In this document: positions 7,713-18,740 of the stretch, in pieces | Position numbering within the stretch: position 1 is the first letter of the stretch | Layout of the letters: every line of letters begins with the position of its first letter | Position numbers and translations under genes: made by a program | Notes under the pieces: generated by a model | The model's input: the letters and a program-made list of their open reading frames with translations, nothing else | What the model was told of the DNA's origin: nothing | Database searches by the model: none | Source: an uncultured delta proteobacterium | GTDB taxonomy: Bacteria; Myxococcota_A; Polyangia; Polyangiales; Houyiibacteriaceae | Assembly: GCA_963786865.1 (NCBI GenBank) | Contig: CAWBAV010000011.1 | Location: forward strand, 258,173-322,172 | DNA: 64,000 nt | Direction of reading: 5' to 3'

Positions 7713-9620
7713 ATGTGCGGGATTGCAGGCGCCATCGGCTTCGTGGATGACGGCGTGATCGAGGCGGTCGGCCGCGCACACGAGGCGTTGCGTCACCGCG
7801 GGCCCGATGCCGAGGGCGTTTGGCAAGACGTTCGAGGGCAGCGCGGCGCGGCGCTCGCGCATCGAAGGCTTGCGATCATCGACCTGTCGGCAGACGGCGC
7901 CCAACCCATGCGTGACATCGAGACTGGACTCACGATCGTTTTCAACGGCGAAATCTACAACTTCGCCGTCCTACGGGTCGAGCTCGAAGCGCTTGGGTAC
8001 GTGTTCCAGACGCGCACCGACACGGAAGTGCTTCTCAAGGCCCACGCCGCATGGGGTGACGATGCCGTCCGGCGGCTCAATGGGATGTTTGCGTACGCGC
8101 TTTGGGATAGCGAGAGACGGCGCGCGTTGCTGGTTCGCGACCGAATGGGCATCAAGCCCTTGTACTTCGCCTGGTCCGGAGGGACGCTGCTTTTTGCATC
8201 CGAGGTCCGCGCTCTCTTGGCCACGGGTCTCGTGAAGCGGACGCTCGATCGCCGCGCTCTCAGTAGCTACTTGTGGAACGGCTTCGTCGTCGGGCCGCCG
8301 ACGATCATCGAAGGAGTCGACCTTCTACCGGCGGCGTCGACGTTGGCGGTCTTCGACTCTGGTGAGCGGGAGCCTACCAGGTACTGGCGGCAGCCTTCGG
8401 CCGACGGAGCGAACGACGACACGAGCGAGCTCCGCGAACGCCTTCTGCAATCCGTGCGCATGCGTCTGGTCGCAGACGTGCCACTCGGGGTCTTTCTCTC
8501 TGGGGGGATTGACTCGAGCGCCCTCGCCGCGCTCGCGTCCGAGGTGTCCGAACAGCCTGTCCAAACCTTCAATATCAGCTTTGACGAGACCGAGTTCGAT
8601 GAGTCGCCCTACGCGAAGCTCGTGGCCCAATCGATTGGCAGCGAGCATCACGACATTCGTCTCACCCAGCAGGGCTTTGCGAGCCAACTCGACGATGCGT
8701 TGGCGAGCATCGACCAACCCACATTCGACGCAATCAACACCTATTTCGTGAGCCGAGCGGTGCGCGAAGCCGGTCTCACGGTGGCGCTGGCGGGGACCGG
8801 GGGAGACGAGCTCTTCGGGGGGTACGCGAGCTTCCGGGAGCTACCCAGCGCGATCAGGTGGAGCCGCCTGGCCGCGATGGCGCCTGAGGCATGGCTGCGC
8901 GCTGGCGCCGCGGCGTTCACGCGCTTGAGAACCGGGCGCCCTGGCGAGGTCCAACCCCAGACGCGCTGGGGCAAGCTTGGAGACGCGCTGGCGACCCGAG
9001 GTGATCTGTTGAAGATGTATCAGGTCGCGTATGGCCTGTTCACCCAGGCCTTTCTCGAAGAGCTCTGCACCACCGAGGCCGACGATGTCGAGTACGGGCT
9101 GCCGGTCGGTAGAGCGCGGGAGCTCGAGCGGGAAGCGTCGAAGTGCGGACTGCTCGGCGCGATTTCTCAGTTGGAGCAGGGATTGTTTCTAGGCGAGCGT
9201 CTTCTTCGGGATACGGACGCAGCGAGCATGGCGGTTGCGCTCGAGGTTCGTGTTCCCCTGCTCGACCACAACGTCGTCGAGGCGCTCGCGGCGCTTCACG
9301 AGGGGACGAGATTCGTGCCGATCGGCCAGAAGCAACTTCTCCGCAAGCTCGGCTTGGGCGGGGTCGATCCCGCGCTGTTCGACCGTCCCAAGAGCGGCTT
9401 CGTCCTCCCGCTGGATCTGTGGTGCCGCAGACAGATCAAGGGCGTGATCGATTCGACCTTTGCTGATCACGAGCTGTGCACCGCCGTTGGCTTGAGGCCC
9501 GATGCCGTCGCTCGATTGTGGCGTAGCTATCGAGATGGTGCCCCGGGCTTGTACTGGTCCCGTGTCTGGTCATTGTTCGTTCTGCTAAACTGGTGCCGCG
9601 AGCATGGAGTGACCCTGTGA
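7713..9620 (+). CDS. asnB: asparagine synthase (glutamine-hydrolysing), AsnB family; EPS-locus amidotransferase type
   Basis: 635-aa ORF with an MCGIAG Ntn-amidotransferase N-terminus and the SGGIDSS PP-loop motif. Confidence 0.9.
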   Translation: MCGIAGAIGFVDDGVIEAVGRAHEALRHRGPDAEGVWQDVRGQRGAALAHRRLAIIDLSADGAQPMRDIETGLTIVFNGEIYNFAVLRVELEALGYVFQTRTDTEVLLKAHAAWGDDAVRRLNGMFAYALWDSERRRALLVRDRMGIKPLYFAWSGGTLLFASEVRALLATGLVKRTLDRRALSSYLWNGFVVGPPTIIEGVDLLPAASTLAVFDSGEREPTRYWRQPSADGANDDTSELRERLLQSVRMRLVADVPLGVFLSGGIDSSALAALASEVSEQPVQTFNISFDETEFDESPYAKLVAQSIGSEHHDIRLTQQGFASQLDDALASIDQPTFDAINTYFVSRAVREAGLTVALAGTGGDELFGGYASFRELPSAIRWSRLAAMAPEAWLRAGAAAFTRLRTGRPGEVQPQTRWGKLGDALATRGDLLKMYQVAYGLFTQAFLEELCTTEADDVEYGLPVGRARELEREASKCGLLGAISQLEQGLFLGERLLRDTDAASMAVALEVRVPLLDHNVVEALAALHEGTRFVPIGQKQLLRKLGLGGVDPALFDRPKSGFVLPLDLWCRRQIKGVIDSTFADHELCTAVGLRPDAVARLWRSYRDGAPGLYWSRVWSLFVLLNWCREHGVTL

Positions 9621-10549
9621 CCTCTCATCGCCACTATTGTTTGATCAGCCCTTGCCGTGACGAGGCGCAGTACATGGTTCGCACCTTGGAAACCGTCACG
9701 AGCCAGTCGGAGCCCCCCGCGCTCTGGGTGATCGTCGACGACGGGTCGACCGATGAGACCCCCGAGATCCTTCGAGATTGGGCATCACGTTTCGACTACA
9801 TCCGGGTCGTCACTCGCGCCGATCGCGGATCCCGCAAGGTCGGGCCGGGCGTCATCGAAGCGTTCTACGAAGGCTACGGCACGATCAGGCCGAGCGAGTT
9901 CGAGTTCGTCTGCAAGTTGGATCTCGATCTCGATCTGCCGCCGCGTTACTTCGAGATCCTCATGGACAAGATGGCGGCGGACCCTCGTCTCGGAACCTGC
10001 ACGGGGAAACCCTACATGCTTCTGAACGGCAAGCTCGTGAGCGAGAAGTGTGGCGACGAAAACTCCGTCGGCATGACCAAGTTCTACCGAGTCGCGTGTT
10101 TCGAGGAGATTGGGGGCTTCGTTCACGAGGTCATGTGGGACGGCATCGACGGGCACCGATGCCGGATGCTCGGTTGGGTTGCGGCGAGCTAGGATGAGCC
10201 TGAGCTTCGTTTCATCCATCTCCGCCCCATGGGGTCCAGCCACAAAGGCATCGTGACCGGTCGCCTGCGGCATGGCTTCGGACAGTACTTCATGGGCACG
10301 TCGCCGATCTACATGACGGCCAGCGCTCTGTTTCGGATGACCCGGCCGCCTTTGCTCGTCGGCGGGATGGCGATGTGGTGGGGGTACGTCAAGAGCATGC
10401 TCGACGGGAATCCCCGGTATGGCGATGACGAGTTCCGGCGCTTCCTGCGCCGCTACCAGTGGAGCTGCCTGTTCCTCGGCAAAGCTGAGGCCACGCGACG
10501 ACTCAATGAAGCGCAGCGAGACGTGTGGCGGGCCACACGAGCAAGCTAG
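9617..10549 (+). pseudogene. family-2 glycosyltransferase interrupted by an in-frame TAG at 10190-10192
   Basis: ORFs 9593-10192 and 10229-10549 are in the same frame. The read-through text ...MLGWVAAS*DEPELRFIHLRPMGSSHKGIVTGRLRHGFGQYFMG is continuous. The GT-A motif VIVDDGSTDET is present. The GTG at 9617 overlaps the asnB stop (GTGA); 9593 is an alternative start. Confidence 0.7.
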
Positions 10550-10573
10550 CTGGACCGCCGTTCGAATCGCTTC

Positions 10574-10783
10574 TCAGAACAGAGTGTAGATGAACGGAGC
10601 AGCAGCGGTTCCGCCGAAGACGACCAGCAAACCGAGCAAGAGAATCGATATGATGATGGGAGCCAACCACCATTTCTTGTTGGCCTTCAGGAAACCAATG
10701 AACTCCGCGACGAGCCCGGTCTGCTTACCGGACGCTTGGGTCAGAAAGTCATCGTCCTTCTTGGGGTCGTTGCTGTCTGGCAT
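10574..10783 (-). CDS. small membrane protein, DUF5989/SxtK-like
   Basis: 69 aa, with a basic/acidic N-terminus and then one TM (WWLAPIIISILLLGLLVVFGG). Its position downstream of SxtJ-like and carbamoyltransferase genes matches the conserved triad. Confidence 0.6.
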   Translation of the reverse strand: MPDSNDPKKDDDFLTQASGKQTGLVAEFIGFLKANKKWWLAPIIISILLLGLLVVFGGTAAAPFIYTLF

Positions 10784-10792
10784 GGCAGTCTC

Positions 10793-11239
10793 TCAATACT
10801 GATGGAAGTAGCTCTCTTTGTCCCGCGGGGGGCGCGCCGCCGACCAGTAGGTGGGCGCGCTCGGGTCGTAGGCTCGGTGCATGGGGTCCTTGCCGAAGAG
10901 CCGCATGGCGACTGCAATGGGCCCGATAATCAGGAAAAAGAGCGTCCCCATGATCACGTAGGACAGCACGAAACCGATGGGAAACGCCAAAAGGCTCAGC
11001 CCCACGTAGAGGACGCGGTTCGCCTTCGGGGCGACCAACGAGAACAGCAGAGCGATGGTACCGAGAGCTCCAAACGTCGCCACCAGAGGGATGCGCGCGT
11101 CGCCGAATCCGAACGAGAAGACGAGCTTCTCGTAGTACGCCAGGGCGGCCAGGATCCCGAAGCCAATGAATGCGATCACGCCGAATTGACGCAGCGTCTT
11201 GGTGTCCGGATTGAAGTTGATTTCGACGAGCTTGCTCAT
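10793..11239 (-). CDS. SxtJ-family membrane protein
   Basis: 148 aa with 3-4 TM segments. It begins 2 nt after the carbamoyltransferase stop. The family call rests on size, topology and synteny. Confidence 0.6.
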   Translation of the reverse strand: MSKLVEINFNPDTKTLRQFGVIAFIGFGILAALAYYEKLVFSFGFGDARIPLVATFGALGTIALLFSLVAPKANRVLYVGLSLLAFPIGFVLSYVIMGTLFFLIIGPIAVAMRLFGKDPMHRAYDPSAPTYWSAARPPRDKESYFHQY

Positions 11240-11241
11240 GA

Positions 11242-13069
11242 TTAGTCCAGTGCGAACTGACTGAGGTAGGCGTCGCGGTCGATGGTCTGGGCAGCCGGCT
11301 GTTTGGATTTCTCGAGAACGAAGTTATCAATCACCAGGACATCCATGTTGGTGCCCAAGAAGCAACGATAGGCGTCCTCTGGCGTGTTGACAATCGGCTC
11401 TCCGCGCACGTTGAAGCTGGTGTTGATCAAGATCGGGCAACCGGTTCGCGCTTTGAACGCTTCGAGGATCCCGGCAAAGCGGGGATACCGCTCGCGGTCG
11501 ACGGTTTGGACGCGCGCAGAGTGGTCGACGTGCGTGATCGCGGGAACGACGGATCGCTTCTGATGCAACTTGTCGAGACCGGTGGCCGTGTCGTCGATCG
11601 GAAGACGCTTGTCTTGTCTTACCGGCGCCACCAGGAGCATGTAGGGACTGTCTTCGTTCGGGCGCATCTCGAAGAACTCGTCCACGTGCTCACGCAGGAT
11701 CGCCGGCGCGAACGGCCGGAACGACTCGCGGAACTTGATCTTGAGATTCATCGTCGACTGCATCTCAGACGAACGCGCATCACCGAGAATCGAGCGGCTA
11801 CCGAGTGCGCGCGGCCCGAATTCCATGCGGCCCGCCATGTGACCCACTACATTCTGCTCGGCGAGCAGATCCGCGACCGCGTCGCAGAGCTCTTCTTCGG
11901 TCTCGTAGTGCTCGTAGACGGCGCCTTGGGAGTCGAGATAGGCGCGCGTTTCCTCGTCGGAGGCGTGCGGTCCGAGGAGCGAGCCGTGCTGCACGTCCTT
12001 GCCTCGATTGTCCCGAGGCATGTCGAGCAGCTGGTGCCAGGCGAACAGCGCCGCCCCGAGCGCGCCGCCTGCATCACCCGCGGCAGGTTGAATCCACACC
12101 TCATCGAACGGGCCTTCGCGCAGCACGCGACCGTTGGCGACACAGTTTAAAGCGACGCCGCCAGCCATGGTGAGATTGGAGGATGCCGGTGAGCTCGTGC
12201 GCGTGACGCGCCATCCGCAGTACGACCTCTTCGGTCACGGCTTGAATGGACGCCGCGATGTCCATCTCTCGCTGGGTGATGTCGGTTTCGGACGTTCGCG
12301 GGGGCCCATCGAAGAGCTCGTTCATCTTCGAGGACGTCATCCTGTCGTTGTAGCAATACGCGAAGTACTCCATGTTCATCCGGAAGGACCCGTCTTCCTT
12401 GAGGTCCAACAGCTCATTCATGATGCGATCACGGTAGATGGGCTTGCCATAAGGCGCGAGGCCCATGAGCTTGTACTCACCGCTGTTCACTCGGAATCCA
12501 GTAAAGTAGGTGAATGCCGAGTAGAGAAGACCTAGCGAGTGTGGAAAGCGCAGCTCCTTCAGCATCTCGATCCGGTTGCCGCGCCCGCTTGCGATGCTTG
12601 CCGTCGACCATTCGCCCACGCCATCCATCGTGAGGATGGCCGCTTCGTCGAACGGTGAAGGAAAGAACGCGCTCGCCGCATGCGATTCGTGGTGTTCTAG
12701 GAATACGAAGCGACCCTCGTACTCGCCGCCCAAGCCCTTCCGCAGCTCGCGCGGCGTGTATAGCTTTTGCTTCAACCAAAGCGGAAGCCCCATCAGGAAC
12801 AGCTTGAATCCCGACGGGGAGTACGAAACGTAGGTCTCGAGAATGCGCTCGAACTTCAGCAGCGGCTTGTCGTAGAACACCACCAAATCGAGCTCATTGC
12901 GTCCGATTTCGGCCTCTCGAAGGCAGTAATCGATTGCGTTCTGTGGAAACGAATAATCGTGTTTCTTGCGTGTGAAGCGCTCTTCTTGCGCCGCAGCAAC
13001 GATCACGCCGTCTCTGACGAGAGCGGCCGCACTATCATGATAATACGCTGAGATTCCGAGGATGTTCAT
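11242..13069 (-). pseudogene. NodU/CmcH/SxtI-type carbamoyltransferase, one frameshift near 12170-12200
   Basis: The N-terminal ORF reads MNILGISAYYHDSAAALVRDG...HHESHAASAF... up to HAHELTG. The text then continues in another frame as (SSNLT)MAGGVALNCVANGRVLREGPFDEVWIQPAAGDAGGALGAA... The start ATG is at 13069, since the upstream 40 codons of the ORF are non-homologous. Confidence 0.85.
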
Positions 13070-13163
13070 GCGATGTTTGCCGCAGATCAGGCTAGCGGAT
13101 TGCGAGAGGCCGCGCCAGCTATCTCCGTCTACCAGCGTTGGCCGCGTCTGCGATGTGCGGGGT

Positions 13164-14282
13164 TCAATCTGCCGTAAGTAGCCGGGCATCCAAGATCAGC
13201 CTGGCTAGCGCCCGACCGGATTTGTCGTGAGCGAAGGGGGTCCAGTGGAAATGCGACTGGTGCCAGTACAGCGGCTCCTGACCGACGTACGGGCGCAGCT
13301 CGTCGCGCATCGATAAGAAGTAGACGCCTGGCTGCTCCAGGTCGAAGTGCTCGCCCGGAAAGCTCTCGACCAGATCTTCCCCTACCTCCGTGGGGATGCT
13401 TTGGATTACGAAGGGGATTCCGCGCGCCCGAAGCTGCTCGTAGGTGCGTTCTAGAATGGCGGCTGCCAGCGCGCGCTCCGGATCGCGTTGTTCATCCTCC
13501 AGCTCCGCCGCGGTTTCGCCAGCGCCGGTTGCTTCCCGAGACTCCAATCCGGACTGCTGGTCGTCCAGTAGGTTTTCCTCGTTCGCACGAACCATCTCGG
13601 CCTTCACGATGGAGGTCGCCCGCTCCTTGATGAACGCGAAGGCATTCGAGCGCTCGGAGAGCAAATTGAAGAACCAGCTACTATTCAAGAAATTGCCGAG
13701 TCTGCCCGCTGGGACGTAGGTCTCCGCCGCAGTCTCCAGGCGCCCATCCTGGAGTTGAAACAATCCGGTGCGCACGTTGTCGGTCAGATCGTTGATGAAG
13801 TAAGACAACACGACTACGTCAGGCTCGTACTTCAATAGCTCTCGCTCCAGGTAGAGCGCCTCCTCCGCGGTCGAGAAGCCCGAAACGCCGGCGTTGAGCA
13901 CCTGAACCTGGTAGCCGGCGTCTTCTAGTTGCTTCTCCAATACCATCGAGAAGGTCTGACCGACGTCGACCTCGTAGCCGATCGTGAACGAGTCGCCCAG
14001 TGAGATGATGCGCTTGACTCTCGGTGGCTTCTCGTAGTCGAAGTCCCGGTCGTCGCGCATGCCCTGCTGGTTGATGTGGAATCGCCAGCTACCGTCCGCC
14101 GATTGGTGCCGATAGTCGGAACCGGGATCGTTGTAGCGGAGCCCCCAGGGGGCCTCGACCACGTGACGAGGGAATTTCACTTGCTCGCCGTAGAGAAGCA
14201 GGACTGCTCCCTCGAGGACCGCAAATGCCAGCAGGCTCCCGAGCGCCAGGGCCACGAGGGCCATCGGCCAAGATTTTTTCAC
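13164..14282 (-). CDS. membrane-anchored SGNH/GDSL hydrolase-family protein
   Basis: 372 aa with an N-terminal TM, block I ISLGDSFTIGYE and block III FINDLTDN. Confidence 0.65.
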   Translation of the reverse strand: MKKSWPMALVALALGSLLAFAVLEGAVLLLYGEQVKFPRHVVEAPWGLRYNDPGSDYRHQSADGSWRFHINQQGMRDDRDFDYEKPPRVKRIISLGDSFTIGYEVDVGQTFSMVLEKQLEDAGYQVQVLNAGVSGFSTAEEALYLERELLKYEPDVVVLSYFINDLTDNVRTGLFQLQDGRLETAAETYVPAGRLGNFLNSSWFFNLLSERSNAFAFIKERATSIVKAEMVRANEENLLDDQQSGLESREATGAGETAAELEDEQRDPERALAAAILERTYEQLRARGIPFVIQSIPTEVGEDLVESFPGEHFDLEQPGVYFLSMRDELRPYVGQEPLYWHQSHFHWTPFAHDKSGRALARLILDARLLTAD

Positions 14283-14371
14283 GCGTTCGTACCCTCTAAC
14301 GATGACGCCGACAGCATAGCAGAGAGAGAGTGTGGCAGGTGGGGGGCCTCATCGACTAATCTCTTAGAGCG

Positions 14372-15481
14372 GTGAGAACCCCCGGTGCAAAGCTGGTGCT
14401 CGAGGATGGCACCGAAATGCGAGGCGAGGCCTTTGGTGTGCATCGGCCGGTGGCAGGAGAGGTCGTCTTCAACACCGGAATGACGGGATATGTGGAGACG
14501 CTCACGGACCCTTCGTACAAGGGCCAGATTCTAGTGATGACCTATCCGCTGGTCGGCAACTACGGTGTCCCGCCGCGGCGCGCTACTGGCTCGATCGATC
14601 TTCCTTACGAGTCGAGTAGGATCCAGGTTCAGGGTTTGGTCGTTCAACGGTACGTCGATCAGCACAGCCATCGTGGTGCCAGCCGCTCTCTCGACACCTG
14701 GCTCCAGGAGGAGGAAATACCCGCGGTGTATGGGATCGACACGCGAACGCTAACGCGGCGCCTGCGCGAGCATGGAACGATGCGCGGCTGGCTCGTGCCG
14801 GACGGGTCAAGCCTGGAAGATGCGAAGAAGGCTGCGGCATCGGTCGACATGACCCAAGAAGTGTTCCGGGCGGTCGCTCCAAATGAGCCCGTTCGATATG
14901 AGGGCGGGCATCTGAAAGTCCTCGCCGTGGATGTCGGCATCAAGGACAACATCATTCGCTCGCTGCTCACGCGCGGTGCAACCGTGACTAGGGCTCCCTG
15001 GCATGCGGAGCTCGGCAAGCTCGCAGTGGAGGCCGACGGGATCGTGATTGGCAACGGGCCGGGCGACCCGAAGGACCTGGGACCGTTGGTCGAGCAGATT
15101 CGTCAGTTGCTCGGTCACTTCGACAAGCCGATCTTTGGCATCTGTCTGGGCAACCAAATTCTCACGCTCGCTGCGGGCGGCGATACGTACAAGCTACCCT
15201 ACGGACATCGGGGCGTGAATCAGCCAGTGCAGGACTTGCTGACGAGGCGCTGCTACATCACGAGCCAGAACCACGGTTATGCCGTCCAGGATGCAGCCCT
15301 TCCGTCCGACTGGGAACCCTGGTTCGTCAACATCAATGACGGAACCAACGAGGGCGTTCGCTCGCGTATCCGTCCGTACTTCAGCGTTCAGTTTCATCCC
15401 GAGGCCAATCCGGGCCCCAAGGACACCGGCTTTCTGTTCGACGACTTCCTCAGGCTGGTCGGAGCCTCGGCACGGCGCTAG
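14372..15481 (+). CDS. carA: carbamoyl-phosphate synthase small (glutaminase) subunit
   Basis: 369 aa with a GTG start. It has FNTGMTGYVETLTDPSY and the glutamine amidotransferase triad context GICLGNQ ... FHPE. Confidence 0.92.
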   Translation: MRTPGAKLVLEDGTEMRGEAFGVHRPVAGEVVFNTGMTGYVETLTDPSYKGQILVMTYPLVGNYGVPPRRATGSIDLPYESSRIQVQGLVVQRYVDQHSHRGASRSLDTWLQEEEIPAVYGIDTRTLTRRLREHGTMRGWLVPDGSSLEDAKKAAASVDMTQEVFRAVAPNEPVRYEGGHLKVLAVDVGIKDNIIRSLLTRGATVTRAPWHAELGKLAVEADGIVIGNGPGDPKDLGPLVEQIRQLLGHFDKPIFGICLGNQILTLAAGGDTYKLPYGHRGVNQPVQDLLTRRCYITSQNHGYAVQDAALPSDWEPWFVNINDGTNEGVRSRIRPYFSVQFHPEANPGPKDTGFLFDDFLRLVGASARR

Positions 15482-15484
15482 ACG

Positions 15485-18400
15485 ATGTACGGATCATATC
15501 TACCAAAGAAACCGAAACGAGTCCTGGTCTTGGGTTCCGGAGCCCTTCAAATCGGCCAGGCCGGCGAGTTCGACTATTCCGGCTCGCAAGCGATCAAGGC
15601 GCTCAAGGAAGAGGGGATCAAGACCGTTCTGGTCAACCCCAACATCGCGACGATCCAGACCAGCGCAGAGCTTGCGGATCGAATCTATTTGGTGGCGGTG
15701 ACGCCCGAGTTCGTCGAGCGAGTCATCGTGCAAGAAGAGGTCGATGCGATCATGCTGTCCTTTGGAGGGCAGACGGCCTTGAACTGCGGCCTTGCCCTTC
15801 ATGACAGCGGGGTGCTCGAGAAGTACGGGATCCAGGTGCTCGGGACACCGGTGGAGTCGATTCGCGATACTGAAGACAGAGCGCTCTTCATTCAGCGTTT
15901 GTCCGAGATCGGTGTCAGGACGGCCCGAAGTAGGGCTTGCGAGACGCCAGACGAAGTTCGCGCTGCGGCTGCCGAGATCGGCCTCCCAGTCATGCTCCGT
16001 GGCGCGTTTGCCCTGGGCGGAAAAGGAAGCGGAATCGTCGAGAGCCAGGCGGAGCTGAATGACGCGATTCGAAGGGCATTTTCCGGAGAGCAATCCCAAG
16101 TTCTCGTCGAAGAGTGCCTCCGAGGCTGGAAAGAGATCGAGTACGAGGTCGTACGTGATGCCCGAGACAACTGCATCACCGTCTGCAACATGGAAAATCT
16201 CGATCCGATGGGGATTCACACGGGCGAGTCCATCGTCGTTGCGCCTTCGCAAACCCTGAACGACGAGGAGTATCAGTTTCTCCGCGAGATCGCGGTTCGC
16301 ACCGTTCGGCATCTAGGCATCGTCGGGGAATGCAACATCCAGTACGCGCTCGATCCCGACAGCCTCGAGTATAGGGTGATCGAAATCAACGCGCGCCTGT
16401 CGAGGTCGAGCGCGCTGGCGAGCAAAGCCACTGGATACCCGCTTGCCTATGTCGCTGCGAAGATCGGTATCGGCTACACGCTTCCCGAAATCCCGAACTC
16501 GATTACGCGGCGAACGACCGCGTTCTTCGAGCCAGCGCTCGATTACATCGTCTGCAAAGTGCCTCGCTGGGACCTCAGCAAGTTTCAGGGCGCTGCCATG
16601 GGCATCGGCAGCGAGATGAAGAGTGTCGGGGAAGTGATGTCGATCGGACGAACGTTTCCCGAGGTGATTCAGAAGGCGCTTCGCATGCTCGACATCGGCG
16701 TCAACGGCCTGGATCCGACCGCCTTCGAATTCGACGACATTCGCGCCTCACTCAAGAACGCGACTACGCATCGAATCTTCGCGATCGCGCGCGCGTTTCT
16801 CGATGGACTCACTGTCGACGAGATCCACGAGCTGACCGACGTCGATTGCTGGTTTCTGAGCCAGATCGAAGCAGTCGTGCGAATGCACGTGAATCTGGGA
16901 CGAAGCGAGCGTCCATTGTCTGCATCATCGCTCCGCGAGGCCAAGCAGTTGGGCTTCAGCGACCGAGCGATCGAGCTTCTGGTCGATGCGCCGTATGGTT
17001 CGATTCGACAAGCGCGCAAGGAACACGGGATCATGTCGCATACCGCGCAGATCGACACGATGGCGGCGGAATTCCCAGCGGACACCAACTATCTCTATAC
17101 CTCGTACCACGCGCACCACTCGGACGTGAGCCCATCGTGGCGGAAGAAGATTCTCGTACTGGGCTCGGGCCCGTACCGCATCGGTTCCAGCGTCGAATTC
17201 GACTGGTGCTGTGTGAATGCCGTTCAAGCAGCAGCCGACGCCGGCTACGAGACCATCATGCTGAACTACAACCCCGAGACGGTGAGCACCGACTACGATA
17301 TTTGCGACAAGCTCTACTTCGAAGAGATTTCGTTCGAGTCGGTGATGGACCTCTGCGAGCGAGAGAAACCCGAAGGCGTCATCGTCAGCATGGGCGGTCA
17401 GATTCCAAACAATCTCGCCTTCCGCCTGCACCAGCAGGGCATCAAGATTCTCGGCACGAGCCCCGAGGACATCGATCGCGCAGAGGACCGTAACAAGTTC
17501 AGCGCGCTTCTAGATGCCATCGGGGTCGACCAGCCCCGATGGATGAGCCTCACTGACGCAAATGATGCAGAGAGCATAGTCGAGCACCTCGGTGGCTTCC
17601 CGGTCTTGGTCAGGCCGAGCTACGTTCTCAGTGGCGCAGCGATGAGCGTCGCCCACGAGCCGCAGGAGCTGAGCCGCATCCTGTCCCGCGCGGCGAGGAT
17701 CAACCCGGATTATCCGGTGGTGGTTTCGAAGTTCGAGGTGCACGCCCGCGAGATCGAGATCGATGCGGTCGCGGATCAGGGCGAGATCGTGTTGTGGGCC
17801 GTCAGCGAGCACATCGAAGACGCCGGCGTGCACAGCGGCGACGCGACGCTGGTATTGCCGCCTCAGACCTTGTACATCCGAACCATACGGCAAACGCGCC
17901 GGATCGCAGCCGCGATCGCGCGAGAGCTGAAGATTACGGGGCCTTTCAACATACAATTCTTGGCCAAGCTAGGAGCCGTCAAGGTCATCGAATGCAACTT
18001 GCGCGCTTCGCGTAGCTTTCCGTTCGTCTCCAAGGTCACGGGAACCAACTTCGCGGCTGAGGCAACCAAGCGAATGTTGGGATTGAAGCGAGAGGCCTCG
18101 AACGAGACGCTCGCACTCGACTACGTAGGCGTGAAGGTCCCCGATGTTCTCCTTCTCACGGATAGTGGGCGCCGACCCTATGCTGGGCGTGGAGATGACC
18201 AGTACCGGCGAGGTGGGCTGTCTCGGCGCCGATCTCGACGAAGCACTCTTGCACGGCCTTCTTGCCACCGGCTTCCGCTTCCCGAGCGCGGGAGTGCTGC
18301 TTTCGCTCGGTCCCATAGCCGAGAAGTACAGCTTCGCGGATGAGGCCAGGTTGATCGTCGAGGAGCTCGGGCTCCCGATCTACGCGACCAAAGGAACAGC

Positions 18401-18713
18401 CGAGCGCCTCGTCGAAGTCGGCGTCGATTGCATCGCCGTCGAAAAGGATGTCGGTGAGGGCCTCAGCGCGTTCGACTTAATCGACGACGGCCGCGTCGAC
18501 CTCGTTATCAACATTCCGAGAGAGTACGACGAGCAAGGCCGCCCCGACGGCTATCTGATCCGCCGGCGTGCCGTGGACGCGGGCATTCCGCTCATCACGG
18601 ATCTCAAGCTCGCTGGGGCAGTCGTGGAGGCGTTGAGGGCGAGGCGGCCCCGCGAGCTCGGCGTGGTCGCTTGGGACGACTACATTGGCCGGAGGTCCAC
18701 GCCTCTGAGTTGA
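15485..18713 (+). pseudogene. carB: carbamoyl-phosphate synthase large subunit, single frameshift at the C4 run 18139-18142
   Basis: The 952-aa ORF is canonical CarB up to ...LDYVGVKVP. The remaining MGS-like domain ([28 protein letters not shown]...) is in the next frame from 18144. Removing one C restores [10 protein letters not shown]. Confidence 0.9.
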
Positions 18714-18740
18714 GCGGCCTTCGGAACGCAGCCTGGAGCG

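Noticed and set aside
11242-13069. Programmed ribosomal frameshifting or stop-codon readthrough as an explanation for the split genes (carbamoyltransferase, carB, GT2 and others).
   Set aside because: I saw no slippery heptamer or downstream structure at the junctions. About 30 such events hit unrelated genes, many at homopolymers, which points to indel error or decay. Only the TAG at 10190 remains a weak readthrough candidate.
15500-16312. Long ORFs antisense to carB (15500-16312), to the MFS gene (61034-62107), to rfbF (52404-53357), to the lyase/P450 region (58654-59718) and others.
   Set aside because: Each fully overlaps a confidently identified gene on the other strand and has no recognisable motifs. 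They are GC-rich shadow ORFs.
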